A DNA stretch of 64,000 nucleotides from Patescibacteria group bacterium (GCA_018823045.1 JAHJIX010000016.1:2961-66960), one strand, 5' to 3'. Counted from the first letter of the stretch, positions 46,479 to 56,163 are shown. Numbers and translations are program-made. The notes: generated from the sequence alone by a model not told the origin.

Positions 46479-47160
46479 ATGACTATAAAAAGTAAATTTA
46501 TTATTAGTTTTTTGCTGATTTTATTTACACTTGGGTTTAGTGGTATATCAATTTTAGAGGAATAGAAAGTATCACTGAAAATTTGAATAGTATTAATGAA
46601 GAAACTGTACCAGTGATGATGGCTTTGCACGAGTTAACATTTTTTCTTTATATGTGGTTTCTGCAACAATAGAATTACTTATTATTGAAGATCATATCGA
46701 GGCTATTGAATATGAGCAAGAAGAAGTAGAAGAAGCATAAAGAGGAATTTAATGAGGGGTTATTAACATATGAACATTTAGGGAATACGTATTTCCTAGG
46801 AGAAAATGATCATAAAAATAATATTAAAAAGGAGTGGGAGATTCTTGTTGATATTGCTGATAATATGTTTATTGCAAAAACAAATTGCAAAATTTAGTAA
46901 AGCAATAGAAGTAATTTCTGCTGGAAAATTTAATATAAAAACAGATATTACTTCATAAAGATGAGTTTGGAGTGTTAGCAAAAGCATTTGATAACATGAT
47001 AGAAAAATTAAAAGAGTCACTCAAAAGTCTTGAAGAGCGTGGTGTATTGATTAAAGAACGATTAGATGAAATTGAATCAAAAAATAAAAAATTAGAAAGT
47101 TTTAATAAAATAATGGTTGAATTAAAAGAGGAACTAAAAGCTTTAAAAAAGAAAAAATAG
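46479..47160 (+). pseudogene. Decayed HAMP-domain sensor gene (MCP/histidine-kinase-like) broken by frameshifts and stops
   Basis: Fragments in different frames: MTIKSKFIISFLLILFTLGFSGISILEE* (TM1); ...RFLLILLIICLLQKQIAKFSKAIEVISAGKFNIKTDITS* (TM2 into HAMP); then KDEFGVLAKAFDNMIEKLKESLKSLEE in the +1 frame (HAMP DE.G.LA.AFN.M signature). Confidence 0.6.
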
Positions 47161-47168
47161 TGTTGTGT

Positions 47169-48095
47169 ATGATGTATAAAGAACTTAAACAATTTGGTGC
47201 GGTAAAAGTAAATGTATCTTTGGCAAAATATCTAACGATGAAGGTAGGAGGCATTGCACAATGTATTGTGATTGTTGAGGAATTGGATAAGTTAATAGAT
47301 TTATTAACTTATCTTGAGGGTACTGATATACAACCCCTTTTAATAGGTGGAGGAAGTAATATGATTCTTTCAGATGATGAATTTGAAGGAGTGGCTATTA
47401 TAGTAAAAGTAGCAAACTGTGAGATTGAAGGGGACCGTGTTATTGCAGACGCTGGGTGCTCGACAGTAGAAGTTGCTCGCAAAAGTTTTGCAGCAGGTCT
47501 CACTGGTTTTGAGTGGGGGGTTGGCGTTCCTGGGACAATTGGAGGAGCTGTTCGTGGAAATGCTGGAGCTATGGGGGGAGATATGAGCCAATCGATTGAA
47601 AAAGTTTTGGTGTATCAAGATGGAGAAACAAAAGAATTATCAGGAAAAGATTGTGCATTTGCATATCGAGATAGCCTTTTTAAACATGACTCAAGTATTA
47701 TTTTGCGCGTCTGGTTACAGTTGCAAAAAACTGAGGCAAAAGATGGTATGAAAAAAGCGCTTGAGCATATTCAATATAGAAATAAAACACAACCACAGGG
47801 GTATGCATCAAGTGGCTGTATTTTTAAAAATATATCTATTGAAGGTGAAAAAGAGGGTGTTCCAAAAGAGTTTATAGAAAAAGGAATTATTCCTGCCGGA
47901 TGGTTGATTGAGCAAGTGGGTTTAAAAGGAAAGCAAATTGGGAATGCGCAAATAAGTGAAAAACATGGAAATTTTATTGTAAATGTTGGCGGTGCTTGTG
48001 CACAAGATATTTTTGATTTAATTGATGAAGCCAAAGAAAAAGTGTTTGAACAGTTTGGGTTTAAGTTAGAAGAAGAAATTCGTATTGTTCGTTGA
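47169..48095 (+). CDS. murB: UDP-N-acetylenolpyruvoylglucosamine reductase
   Basis: FAD-binding LLIGGGSNMI, MurB fold, C-terminal CIFKN; start taken at the ATG at 47169. Confidence 0.8.
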   Translation: MMYKELKQFGAVKVNVSLAKYLTMKVGGIAQCIVIVEELDKLIDLLTYLEGTDIQPLLIGGGSNMILSDDEFEGVAIIVKVANCEIEGDRVIADAGCSTVEVARKSFAAGLTGFEWGVGVPGTIGGAVRGNAGAMGGDMSQSIEKVLVYQDGETKELSGKDCAFAYRDSLFKHDSSIILRVWLQLQKTEAKDGMKKALEHIQYRNKTQPQGYASSGCIFKNISIEGEKEGVPKEFIEKGIIPAGWLIEQVGLKGKQIGNAQISEKHGNFIVNVGGACAQDIFDLIDEAKEKVFEQFGFKLEEEIRIVR

Positions 48096-48159
48096 GTTAT
48101 ATAGAGGAGGTATGTTATACTAAATATGTAGAAGATCTTTATTTTTAATATGTGATCCT

Positions 48160-48504
48160 ATGACGATTAATATCAAGGCGTCAAACATCGACATGACTGA
48201 TGCGCTTAAACAATATGCATTTGATAAAGCTGATTCATTAAAAAAATATTTTAAAAATATTCAAAAAATTGATGTAGATTTTGGCATGGATAGTCACCAT
48301 CATCAAAAAGGAAAAATATTTCAAGCACAGATGAATGTGTTTGTCCCTGGAAAAATATTATCTGTTTCAAAAAAAGCAGAAGATCTCTATAAAGCAATTG
48401 ATAAAGTAAAAGATCATTTGAAAGTAGAGTTAGATGAATTAAAAGGAAAAATGCATCAAAAAGATCGTAAGCATATTCGTGAATCAAAAGGATATCAAGA
48501 GTAA
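48160..48504 (+). CDS. hpf: Ribosome hibernation promoting factor (RaiA/YfiA family)
   Basis: MTINIKASNIDMTDALKQYAFDKADSLKKYF N-terminus typical of HPF. Confidence 0.8.
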   Translation: MTINIKASNIDMTDALKQYAFDKADSLKKYFKNIQKIDVDFGMDSHHHQKGKIFQAQMNVFVPGKILSVSKKAEDLYKAIDKVKDHLKVELDELKGKMHQKDRKHIRESKGYQE

Positions 48505-48517
48505 CATTGAAAAAGAA

Positions 48518-48552
48518 AAAGACTCATAGTATATGCCATGAGTCTTTTTTAT
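48518..48552 (+). terminator. Rho-independent terminator (agactcat / atgagtct + T-run)
   Basis: Perfect 8-bp stem, 10-nt loop, T6. Confidence 0.7.
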
Positions 48553-48569
48553 TTGAAAAGTTGTAAGCC

Positions 48570-48735
48570 CTCCGGGGAGGGCTTGGTGGAACAGCAGAGG
48601 TTGTTCTCCTACTCGCGTGGCGTTCCGTGAGGATGCCTGCCGTGGTTTCCACGTGAGGGATTACGGTGATGATGAGGTGGGGAAGATGGAGGTTTGCCGT
48701 CCTTTGCGTGTGGCATATGTCTCCTTTATATACTA
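48570..48735. other. GC-rich (about 55-60%), hairpin-dense non-coding stretch; candidate structured RNA or leader of the downstream island
   Basis: aagccctccggggagggctt 8-bp hairpin; cgtgg-ttt-ccacg hairpin; direct repeat ccgtgagg / cacgtgagg; no ORF of 60 aa or more. Confidence 0.35.
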
Positions 48736-48803
48736 TGCCGTTGACCTGACTATATGGTAGTTGTATTTAGCTTACTTGTCAACAAAAATGAGGGCGTGGT
48801 ACT

Positions 48804-48832
48804 TGACAAATTAGTCATATTAATCTAGTATG
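48804..48832 (+). promoter_or_regulatory. Sigma70-like promoter TTGACA-17 bp-TAGTAT upstream of the island gene
   Basis: TTGACA at 48804-48809, 17-nt spacer, TAGTAT at 48827-48832; overlaps an inverted repeat ttgtcaa ... ttgacaa. Confidence 0.45.
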
Positions 48833-48954
48833 TTTTAACCCATAACAAAAGTAGACCATATCGAACCTATGAGGAATATAGGTGGTCTACACCTCTCGTG
48901 ATAGAGAGGGATTTCGAAGAGAGTCATAGGAGGACTCAAAACGTGACAGGAAAC

Positions 48955-49758
48955 ATGGAAAAAATATGGAGAGCTTTTTTAACAGTTCTCACAGATATGG
49001 GTGGTTATGCCACTCGGCAGGAAATGGAAAGTTTCTTTAACTTGAGGAAGAAAGGAGAGTTAGATAGACACTTGGGGCAGTGCAGGAAAGCGTATTATAA
49101 TCTGTATGCGAAAATCTTTCCTGTATATCGTTGTACCTTCTTTGATGAGGGACAGCGGCATCGAGATGGGTATCGCTTGGGCAATGAGGTTGACACCTTC
49201 ATTAATTCAGGTGTTTTACCAGGCCCTTCCCAGAGGTTTATGGAGATGCTTCGGCTGCGTCAGGCTGTCGGAATTTATTCTGTTCTCGATACTTTCAGTT
49301 TGAAGAGAACAATGGCCGTGGGAGGAATTATTGATCCAATCGTTCGTTTAGCACGAGAGGTAGGAGTGATCCCATTCCAGAAAGATCGGATAGTTCTTCC
49401 TAGTGGGGAATTGTGTACGGTCTATCTTTGGCCGGGAAGTGAGCTTCCTGATCCAAAGTGGATTAGTGGCCCACAAGTTGGGCGGTTGGCTAAGCCTATG
49501 CCATCTAAATCTCAACAAGAAAAACGGCCTATTACCCCCCCTGTGCGTCGTCCTCAAACAAGTACTTTGATCAATGAAATTTTGAGGATGCTGAAGAATT
49601 ATGGAACACTTACTATGACAGATGCTCAGCAAATTACAGGATTTACTATAGAAGAAATAAAAGGACTTCTGCAAATGGTACAAAGTCCTGAGGATGGCTA
49701 TTTCCGTTGGGCTGGCCCAGTGGAAAAACAATATTTGCGTTGGATTGGTCCTCGCTGA
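48955..49758 (+). CDS. Hypothetical protein on a GC-elevated island (possible winged-helix regions at both ends)
   Basis: AGGA-preceded ATG (MEKIWRAF...); roughly 47-48% GC against a roughly 36% background; no family recognised. Confidence 0.45.
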   Translation: MEKIWRAFLTVLTDMGGYATRQEMESFFNLRKKGELDRHLGQCRKAYYNLYAKIFPVYRCTFFDEGQRHRDGYRLGNEVDTFINSGVLPGPSQRFMEMLRLRQAVGIYSVLDTFSLKRTMAVGGIIDPIVRLAREVGVIPFQKDRIVLPSGELCTVYLWPGSELPDPKWISGPQVGRLAKPMPSKSQQEKRPITPPVRRPQTSTLINEILRMLKNYGTLTMTDAQQITGFTIEEIKGLLQMVQSPEDGYFRWAGPVEKQYLRWIGPR

Positions 49759-49913
49759 AGTCTCTATAAAACGAGTAATTCGTAAATAGGGCAGAGTGTG
49801 AGGAGATCATGTAGGGCGGTGCTTCTTTAGCAGGAAGTAACCGCTTTTTTTATACACCTATATCGGTAGACAGATAGAGGGAAAAATGCTACACTACCTC
49901 CGTTAATTCTCTA

Positions 49914-52718
49914 GTGTTAAAGACTATGAATGTACTTAAAAAAACATACGAAAAAGTGTTTGGAAACTTTAATATCCAAACTATGAAAGAAATACAGCCC
50001 ATTGTAGAGAAAATTAATAGTTTTGAGTCGGCATATGCGGCATTATCAGATAAAGAACTGCAAGGAAAGACTGCAGAATTTAAGGCTGCCTTAAAAGAAG
50101 GTAAAACACTTGATGATATTTTGCCAGAAGCATTTGCAACAGTAAGAGAAGTAGGAAAGCGTACCTTGGGTATGCGTCATTATGATGTACAAATGGTGGG
50201 TGGAATAGCGCTTCATCGTGGCATGATTGCAGAGATGAGAACTGGTGAAGGAAAAACGCTTGTAGCAACTCTTCCGACATATTTAAATGCACTTGAAGGG
50301 AAAGGGGTTCATGTGATTACGGTAAATGATTATTTGGCAAAACGTGATGCTGTATGGATGGGGCAAGTATATGATTTTTTAGGAATTTCACTTGGTATTG
50401 TGCAAGGGCAACGAGTGAGTTTTATCTATGATGCACAAGGTGATGATGTGACTGATGCTGAACAATTAAAAGAACATAGTGCTATTGATAGTCTTCGAGA
50501 TAAAGATGGTAGTTTTAAAGTAGAGTCATCTTATTTGCGTGGGTGTACGCGCCAAGAAGCATATTTGTGTGACATTACCTACGGGACAAATAATGAATTT
50601 GGTTTTGATTATTTGCGTGATAACATGGTGCAAGATCAAAAAGACATGGTAATGCGTGCTGGGAGTGAAATGCATTATGCGGTAATTGATGAAATTGATT
50701 CTATTTTAATTGATGAAGCAAGAACGCCGCTTATTATTTCAGCGCAAGCAGGAGAAGCCACTGATCAATATTATACCTTTGCAAAATTGGTTCGTAATTT
50801 AAATGAAGAAACAGATTATAATGTTGATGAAAAATTACGAAGTGCGACGCTTACTGAAGAGGGAATTACTGTGTTAGAAAAAGCGCTTGGCATTGAAAAT
50901 ATTTATGCAGAAGGTGGTATTCGGGTTATTCATCATATTGAACAAGCGCTTCGGTCAGAAGTATTGTTTACGCGAGATAAAGATTATGTGCTTGATGGTG
51001 AAGAAGTGGTTATTATTGATGAATTTACTGGAAGAAAAATGCCAGGTCGTCGCTATTCAGAGGGTTTGCATCAAGCAATTGAAGCAAAAGAAGGGGTAGC
51101 CATTAAGCAAGAGAGTCGTACATTGGCAACAATTACGTTTCAAAATTTGTTTCGCATGTATACAAAATTGTCTGGAATGACCGGAACGGCTGTAACAGAA
51201 GAAGAAGAATTTCGCAGTATTTATGGTTTAGATGTGTTAGTGATTCCGACAAACAAACCAGATGCAAGAAAAGATTATCCCGATCGTATTTATAAAACAG
51301 AAAAAGGAAAATATAAAGCAATTGTTGAAAAGATTAAGGAATGTCGAGAAAAAAATCAGCCAATTTTGGTTGGTACAATTTCTGTTGAAAAAAATGAAGA
51401 ATTAGGATTATTTTTACAAGCACAAGGTATTCCACATGAAATATTGAATGCAAAAAATCATGAACGTGAAGGAGAAATTGTTGCAAAGGCTGGTATGCCA
51501 GGAGCGGTAACCCTTGCTACAAATATGGCTGGGCGTGGGGTGGATATTAAATTAGGTGGTCCAGATGCCTCAGAAGAAGATCGTCATCGTGTACTTGCGT
51601 CAGGCGGACTATTTGTTTTAGGAACAGAAAGACATGAATCTCGTCGTATTGATAATCAGTTACGTGGGCGTTCTGCTCGGCAAGGTGATCCTGGTGAAAC
51701 GCAATTCTTTGTATCAACGCATGATGATTTGATGCGTATTTTTGCGGGAGATAGATTGCGTTCAGTCATGGATCGATTGAAAGTGCCAGAGGATATGCCA
51801 ATTGAACAAGGTATGATTAGTAAAATGCTTGAAAATGCACAAAAAAAAGTAGAATCTCATCATTATGATATTCGAAAGCATTTATTAGAATATGATGATA
51901 TTTTAAATAAGCAACGACAAGTTATTTATACTAAACGTCGTGAAATTTTAGATATTGCTCATGCACAAGAAGCGGGAGATGAAATAAAAAAGAGCTTGCG
52001 TGATGTGCTATTTGAATTTATTGAGCAAGAAATTGAGTTTATTATTTCATTTCACACGAATGGGCAAATACTTGAAGGGGAAGAAGGGCATAGTGATGAT
52101 TGGAATACGAAAGAGATCTTTGAGACCATGAATACTATTTTTCCTTGTGATCAAGCAGATAAAAAAGCATTAAAAGATTTAGTAGCAAAACGAGGGCAAG
52201 CAAAGGTAGAAGAAGTGGTTGTCCGTGATGAAATTGTGCAATATTTTTTAACAAAAGCACAAGTTGCTTATGACGCACTTGAAGTACAAGTGGCTGAAAA
52301 AGTACAGGATGGAACACAAGCAAAGCACATGATGGCTGTTATTGAAAAACAAGTGATTTTGCGTGCAATTGATTCTTTATGGGTTGATCATCTCGTGCAA
52401 ATGACTTATTTGCGTACAGGGATTGGTTTGCAAGGTTATGGACAACGTGATCCATTAATTGAGTATAAAAAAGAATCATTTGGCTTATTTACTCATTTGC
52501 AATCATCTATTCAAAAAGAGATTGTCTATGCGTTTTTTAAGGTGGGCGTTGGTTTACAATTAGCACCAACCGTTATGGCAGATGACAAATTAGTTTTTAC
52601 TGGGGCAAAAAAGACCTCAGACAGTGCTGCACTTGCTCGTGGAGGAGCAGGAGTTTCGACAAAACAAAAAATGAGTAAAAAAGACCGTCGTCGCTTAAAT
52701 CGGCAACAAAAAGGATAA
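49914..52718 (+). CDS. secA: Preprotein translocase ATPase SecA
   Basis: GEGKTLVATLP Walker A, DEIDSILIDEARTPLIIS, helical scaffold and C-terminal basic tail; the start may be the ATG at 49926. Confidence 0.9.
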   Translation: MLKTMNVLKKTYEKVFGNFNIQTMKEIQPIVEKINSFESAYAALSDKELQGKTAEFKAALKEGKTLDDILPEAFATVREVGKRTLGMRHYDVQMVGGIALHRGMIAEMRTGEGKTLVATLPTYLNALEGKGVHVITVNDYLAKRDAVWMGQVYDFLGISLGIVQGQRVSFIYDAQGDDVTDAEQLKEHSAIDSLRDKDGSFKVESSYLRGCTRQEAYLCDITYGTNNEFGFDYLRDNMVQDQKDMVMRAGSEMHYAVIDEIDSILIDEARTPLIISAQAGEATDQYYTFAKLVRNLNEETDYNVDEKLRSATLTEEGITVLEKALGIENIYAEGGIRVIHHIEQALRSEVLFTRDKDYVLDGEEVVIIDEFTGRKMPGRRYSEGLHQAIEAKEGVAIKQESRTLATITFQNLFRMYTKLSGMTGTAVTEEEEFRSIYGLDVLVIPTNKPDARKDYPDRIYKTEKGKYKAIVEKIKECREKNQPILVGTISVEKNEELGLFLQAQGIPHEILNAKNHEREGEIVAKAGMPGAVTLATNMAGRGVDIKLGGPDASEEDRHRVLASGGLFVLGTERHESRRIDNQLRGRSARQGDPGETQFFVSTHDDLMRIFAGDRLRSVMDRLKVPEDMPIEQGMISKMLENAQKKVESHHYDIRKHLLEYDDILNKQRQVIYTKRREILDIAHAQEAGDEIKKSLRDVLFEFIEQEIEFIISFHTNGQILEGEEGHSDDWNTKEIFETMNTIFPCDQADKKALKDLVAKRGQAKVEEVVVRDEIVQYFLTKAQVAYDALEVQVAEKVQDGTQAKHMMAVIEKQVILRAIDSLWVDHLVQMTYLRTGIGLQGYGQRDPLIEYKKESFGLFTHLQSSIQKEIVYAFFKVGVGLQLAPTVMADDKLVFTGAKKTSDSAALARGGAGVSTKQKMSKKDRRRLNRQQKG

Positions 52719-52789
52719 AATAGAGATTTTTTCTTGACGAAATAGTAGGAATATAGTACTATTGGGAACATTGTAATAACATCTTATTT

Positions 52790-54832
52790 ATGGCAAAAGA
52801 AACGTCACATATGAGGAAGAAAATTCGTACACGGCTTATATTTGTTGGTTTGGTGGCAGTACTTGGGCTTGCTTTTATTTTTCCAACACAGTTAAATAAA
52901 GCAATTGACGGGGTAAATAATACTGTTGCATTGGGTATCCCACGATTACCAGAACAAGGATTTTTGCTCGGTCTTGATTTACAAGGTGGAGCACATTTGA
53001 TGTATCAAGCAGATGTATCAAATATTCCTACAGATAATCAAGGTGAAGCAGTTGATGGCGTTCGTGATGTCATTGAACGCAGGATTAATGCACTTGGTGT
53101 GAGTGAATCAAATATTCAAGTAGCAAAAGTAGGAAATGATTATCGCTTAAATATTGAAATGCCAGGAATTGATGATGTGAGTACTGCAATCAATTTGATT
53201 GGAGAAACACCAATTTTAGCATTTAAAGAAGAAAATCTTGATCCGCCACGAACATTAACGGCGGAAGAAGCAGAACAAATTGAAACATATAATAATGAGA
53301 TGAGCGAACGTGCTCTTGCTGCAAAAACGGCATTAGAAGCTGGAACAGATATGGCAAGTGTCGCATCAGAATATTCACAAGATCCATCAAGTAAAGATAA
53401 TGGTGGTAGTTTTGGGTTTATTAATAAAAATACACAATATGGCCCTGAGGTATATAATTGGGCATCAACACATACTGATGGAGATATTTCAGATGTGATT
53501 GAAACATCATATGGCTACTTTACGCTTGTGCGCGGTGTAGAGCAAGAAGGTGAGCCTGAAGTAAGCGCAAGTCATATTCTTATTTGTTATCTTGGGGCAA
53601 CACAATGTAATGAACCAAAATATACAAAAGAAGAGGCACTAGCAAAAGCACAAGAAATTTTTGACATGGCAAATGCAGATAATTTTGCAGATCTCGCTGC
53701 TGAACATTCTACAGATCTTGCAAATAAAGATAATGGTGGTGATTTAGGTGCTTTTACCCGAAGTATGATGGTCCCTGCATTTTCAGATGCTGCATTTAAT
53801 GCAAATGTTGGAGAAATTATTGCACCAGTTGAAACAGATTTTGGGTATCATGTTATTTATAAAACAGATGAAGGAATCTTGCCTGAATACGATGTTTCAG
53901 GTGTGTTTATTGCAAAATTACAAGAACGAGATATTTTAGGACCACAAGATGAGTGGAAAAATACAGGACTTTCAGGAAAACAACTTGATCGTGCTGAAGT
54001 TGTCACTGATTCTCAAACAGGGTCAGTACAAGTATCTCTTCAATTTGACCAAGAAGGAAAAGAATTGTTTTCGGAGTTAACAGAAAAAAATATTGGGAAA
54101 CCGATTGCAATTTTCTTAGATGGTAATCCAATTAGTGTGCCAACAGTTCAATCAGTCATTACTGGTGGACAAGCGGTTATCACTGGGGATTTTACCATAA
54201 CAGAGGCACGTGAGTTATCTCAACGCTTAAATACTGGTGCGCTTCCTGTACCTATTGAGTTGATTTCTCAACAATCTATTGGTGCAACACTTGGTGCCGA
54301 GTCACTTGCAAAAGGTTTGACCGCTGGTATTATTGGTATTATCTTGGTCATGATTTTCATGGTGGGATATTATCGACTACCTGGTGTATTATCTGTGCTT
54401 TCATTATCAATATATATTATATTTACTCTTGCAATCTTTAAGTTGATTCATGTAACGTTAACGCTTGCAGGTATTGCTGGGTTTATCTTGTCAATTGGTA
54501 TGGCGGTGGACGCTAATGTGCTTATCTTTGAGCGATTAAAAGAAGAATTACAAGATGGAAAGAGCTTGAAAGCCGCGGTAGAAGAAGGGTTTATTCGTGC
54601 ATGGACATCTATTCGTGATGGAAATGCATCAACACTCATTACTTGTTTACTCTTAATCTGGTTTGGATCAAGTTTTGTACAAGGATTTGCGGCAACATTG
54701 GCAATTGGTATTTTGCTTAGTATGTTTACTGCAATTACCATTACTCGTTTCATGCTTCGCTATGTGGTCCCGTGGTTCCCATCACATGGAAACAAGTTAT
54801 TCCTAGGATATTCTTCAAAAAAAGAACAATAA
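52790..54832 (+). CDS. secD: Protein-export membrane protein SecD with two inserted parvulin (PpiC) PPIase-like domains in the periplasmic head
   Basis: SecD N-terminal TM and C-terminal 5-TM core (GIAGFILSIGMAVDANVLIFERLKEE). Inserted segments: VSASHILICYL ... DLAAEHSTDLANKDNGGDLGAFTRSMMVPAFSDAAFNANVGEIIAPVETDFGYHVIYK (classic PpiC) and a degenerate second copy ASEYSQDPSSKDNGGSFGFI...SYGYFTLV. Confidence 0.8.
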   Translation: MAKETSHMRKKIRTRLIFVGLVAVLGLAFIFPTQLNKAIDGVNNTVALGIPRLPEQGFLLGLDLQGGAHLMYQADVSNIPTDNQGEAVDGVRDVIERRINALGVSESNIQVAKVGNDYRLNIEMPGIDDVSTAINLIGETPILAFKEENLDPPRTLTAEEAEQIETYNNEMSERALAAKTALEAGTDMASVASEYSQDPSSKDNGGSFGFINKNTQYGPEVYNWASTHTDGDISDVIETSYGYFTLVRGVEQEGEPEVSASHILICYLGATQCNEPKYTKEEALAKAQEIFDMANADNFADLAAEHSTDLANKDNGGDLGAFTRSMMVPAFSDAAFNANVGEIIAPVETDFGYHVIYKTDEGILPEYDVSGVFIAKLQERDILGPQDEWKNTGLSGKQLDRAEVVTDSQTGSVQVSLQFDQEGKELFSELTEKNIGKPIAIFLDGNPISVPTVQSVITGGQAVITGDFTITEARELSQRLNTGALPVPIELISQQSIGATLGAESLAKGLTAGIIGIILVMIFMVGYYRLPGVLSVLSLSIYIIFTLAIFKLIHVTLTLAGIAGFILSIGMAVDANVLIFERLKEELQDGKSLKAAVEEGFIRAWTSIRDGNASTLITCLLLIWFGSSFVQGFAATLAIGILLSMFTAITITRFMLRYVVPWFPSHGNKLFLGYSSKKEQ

Positions 54833-54836
54833 ATAT

Positions 54837-55868
54837 ATGATTAATATTATCGAAAAACGACGGATTCCATTTATTATTTCAAGTATTGTTTTTGCAGCCA
54901 GTTTGCTTGCATTACTTGTCTATGGATTAAAACCAGGTATTGATTTTACTGGTGGATCACTTATGGAAGTTCAGTTTACTGCTGAGCGACCTGCTGTAGT
55001 TGAAGTAGAAGAAGTATTAGCACCATTTGAACTTGGAAATATTGTTGTTCAACCGGCAAATGATGATAGCATGATTATTAAAATGCGCTTTATTTCAGAA
55101 GACGAACATCAAGAAATTTTAGCAGCGATGCGTGCCGCTTTTGCTGAAGAATCTGTAGAAGACGTTGCTATGTTAGTAACAGAAAGTGATACAGAAGTCG
55201 TTGTGAGTACTGAAGGTGGAGAGACCGGTGTCGTTGCTGTTACAGCTGAGCCTGTTGCAAGTGAAGAAGAAGTACCTGTAGCGCGTGTGCTTGAAAAAAG
55301 AGTTGAAACAATTGGTGGTGTCATTAGTTCAGAGCTACAAAGACGCTCATGGCAAGCAGGGATTGCCGTTGTATTAGCAATTATTGTTTTTGTGGCGTAT
55401 GCCTTCCGTCGAGTAACAAAACCCGTATCATCTTGGAAATATGGTATTACAGCGATCGTTGCATTGATTCATGATGTTGTCATTACCATGGGTATCTTTG
55501 CTTTATTAGGAAAGTTTTATGGTATTGAAATTGATGTCCCATTTGTTGTTGCAATGCTCACTATTTTAGGGTATTCAGTCAATGATACTATTGTTGTATT
55601 TGATCGTGTAAGAGAAAAATTGATTAAACGTGGAAGAAGTAAATTTGCTGAAACAGTAAATATGGGAGTAAATGAAACACTTGTTCGTTCTATTAATACA
55701 TCTATTACAACATTAGTGGTATTATTTGGTTTGTTTATATTTGGTGGTGATTCTATTCATTATTTTTCTCTTGCATTAATTATTGGTATCATGCTTGGGA
55801 CATATTCTTCAATATTCCTTGCTAGTCCATTACTTGTTGTTTGGGAACGTATGGCAGATAGAAAATAA
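54837..55868 (+). CDS. secF: Protein-export membrane protein SecF
   Basis: GIDFTGGSLMEVQF and a 6-TM SecF core, with an acidic/Val-rich periplasmic insertion. Confidence 0.8.
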   Translation: MINIIEKRRIPFIISSIVFAASLLALLVYGLKPGIDFTGGSLMEVQFTAERPAVVEVEEVLAPFELGNIVVQPANDDSMIIKMRFISEDEHQEILAAMRAAFAEESVEDVAMLVTESDTEVVVSTEGGETGVVAVTAEPVASEEEVPVARVLEKRVETIGGVISSELQRRSWQAGIAVVLAIIVFVAYAFRRVTKPVSSWKYGITAIVALIHDVVITMGIFALLGKFYGIEIDVPFVVAMLTILGYSVNDTIVVFDRVREKLIKRGRSKFAETVNMGVNETLVRSINTSITTLVVLFGLFIFGGDSIHYFSLALIIGIMLGTYSSIFLASPLLVVWERMADRK

Positions 55869-55885
55869 TAGATATTATTCGATAA

Positions 55886-55918
55886 AAAAGAAACGTTATA
55901 GAGCGTTTCTTTTTTTTG
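55886..55918 (+). terminator. Rho-independent terminator (agaaacg / cgtttct + T8)
   Basis: Perfect 7-bp stem directly after the secF stop. Confidence 0.7.
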
Positions 55919-56001
55919 TGTTATACTAGAGGCAGTAATTAGGCGTATTGTTTTTGATAGATATTATTCAATATGTTTAGTAGATAATTTAATGATGTTT
56001 T

Positions 56002-56163
56002 ATGTCAGATAAATTTATTCGTCACTTGATCGCGTTTATTGGTTTTGTTGTTGCGGTGTTGATTTATGTCTCTGCGTATACTGCAGGGAAAAATGGGTGG
56101 TGGTGGACCAGTGTTGGTTTGATTGCCGTTTATTTTATTGTATATGGATTAGTTGAGGCATAA
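56002..56163 (+). CDS. Small (53 aa) two-TM membrane protein, translationally coupled to the downstream gene
   Basis: MSDKFIRHLIAFIGFVVAVLIYVSAYTAGKNGWWWTSVGLIAVYFIVYGLVEA; stop TAA overlaps the ATG of the next gene (taATATGtca); below the ORF-track length cut-off. Confidence 0.4.
   Translation: MSDKFIRHLIAFIGFVVAVLIYVSAYTAGKNGWWWTSVGLIAVYFIVYGLVEA

Noticed and set aside
46972-47160. 62-aa ORF MLAKAFDNMIEKLKESL...
   Set aside because: It is not an independent gene. It is the in-frame tail (HAMP core and coiled coil) of the frameshifted sensor pseudogene.
48570-48735. Considered SRP RNA, 6S RNA, tmRNA, RNase P RNA or a tRNA for the GC-rich structured stretch, and likewise for 29560-29660
   Set aside because: I could not find the diagnostic motifs: no GGUUCGAAUCC-type T-loop or acceptor/CCA context, no SRP domain IV CAGG..GGAAG..AGCAGC core, and the length is too short for RNase P or tmRNA. 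It is left as an unassigned structured region.
49914-49925. Alternative upstream start (non-ATG, MLKT) for secA
   Set aside because: Both are possible. The first ATG is at 49926 (MNVLKK...). I kept the track coordinates but the real start may be 49926.
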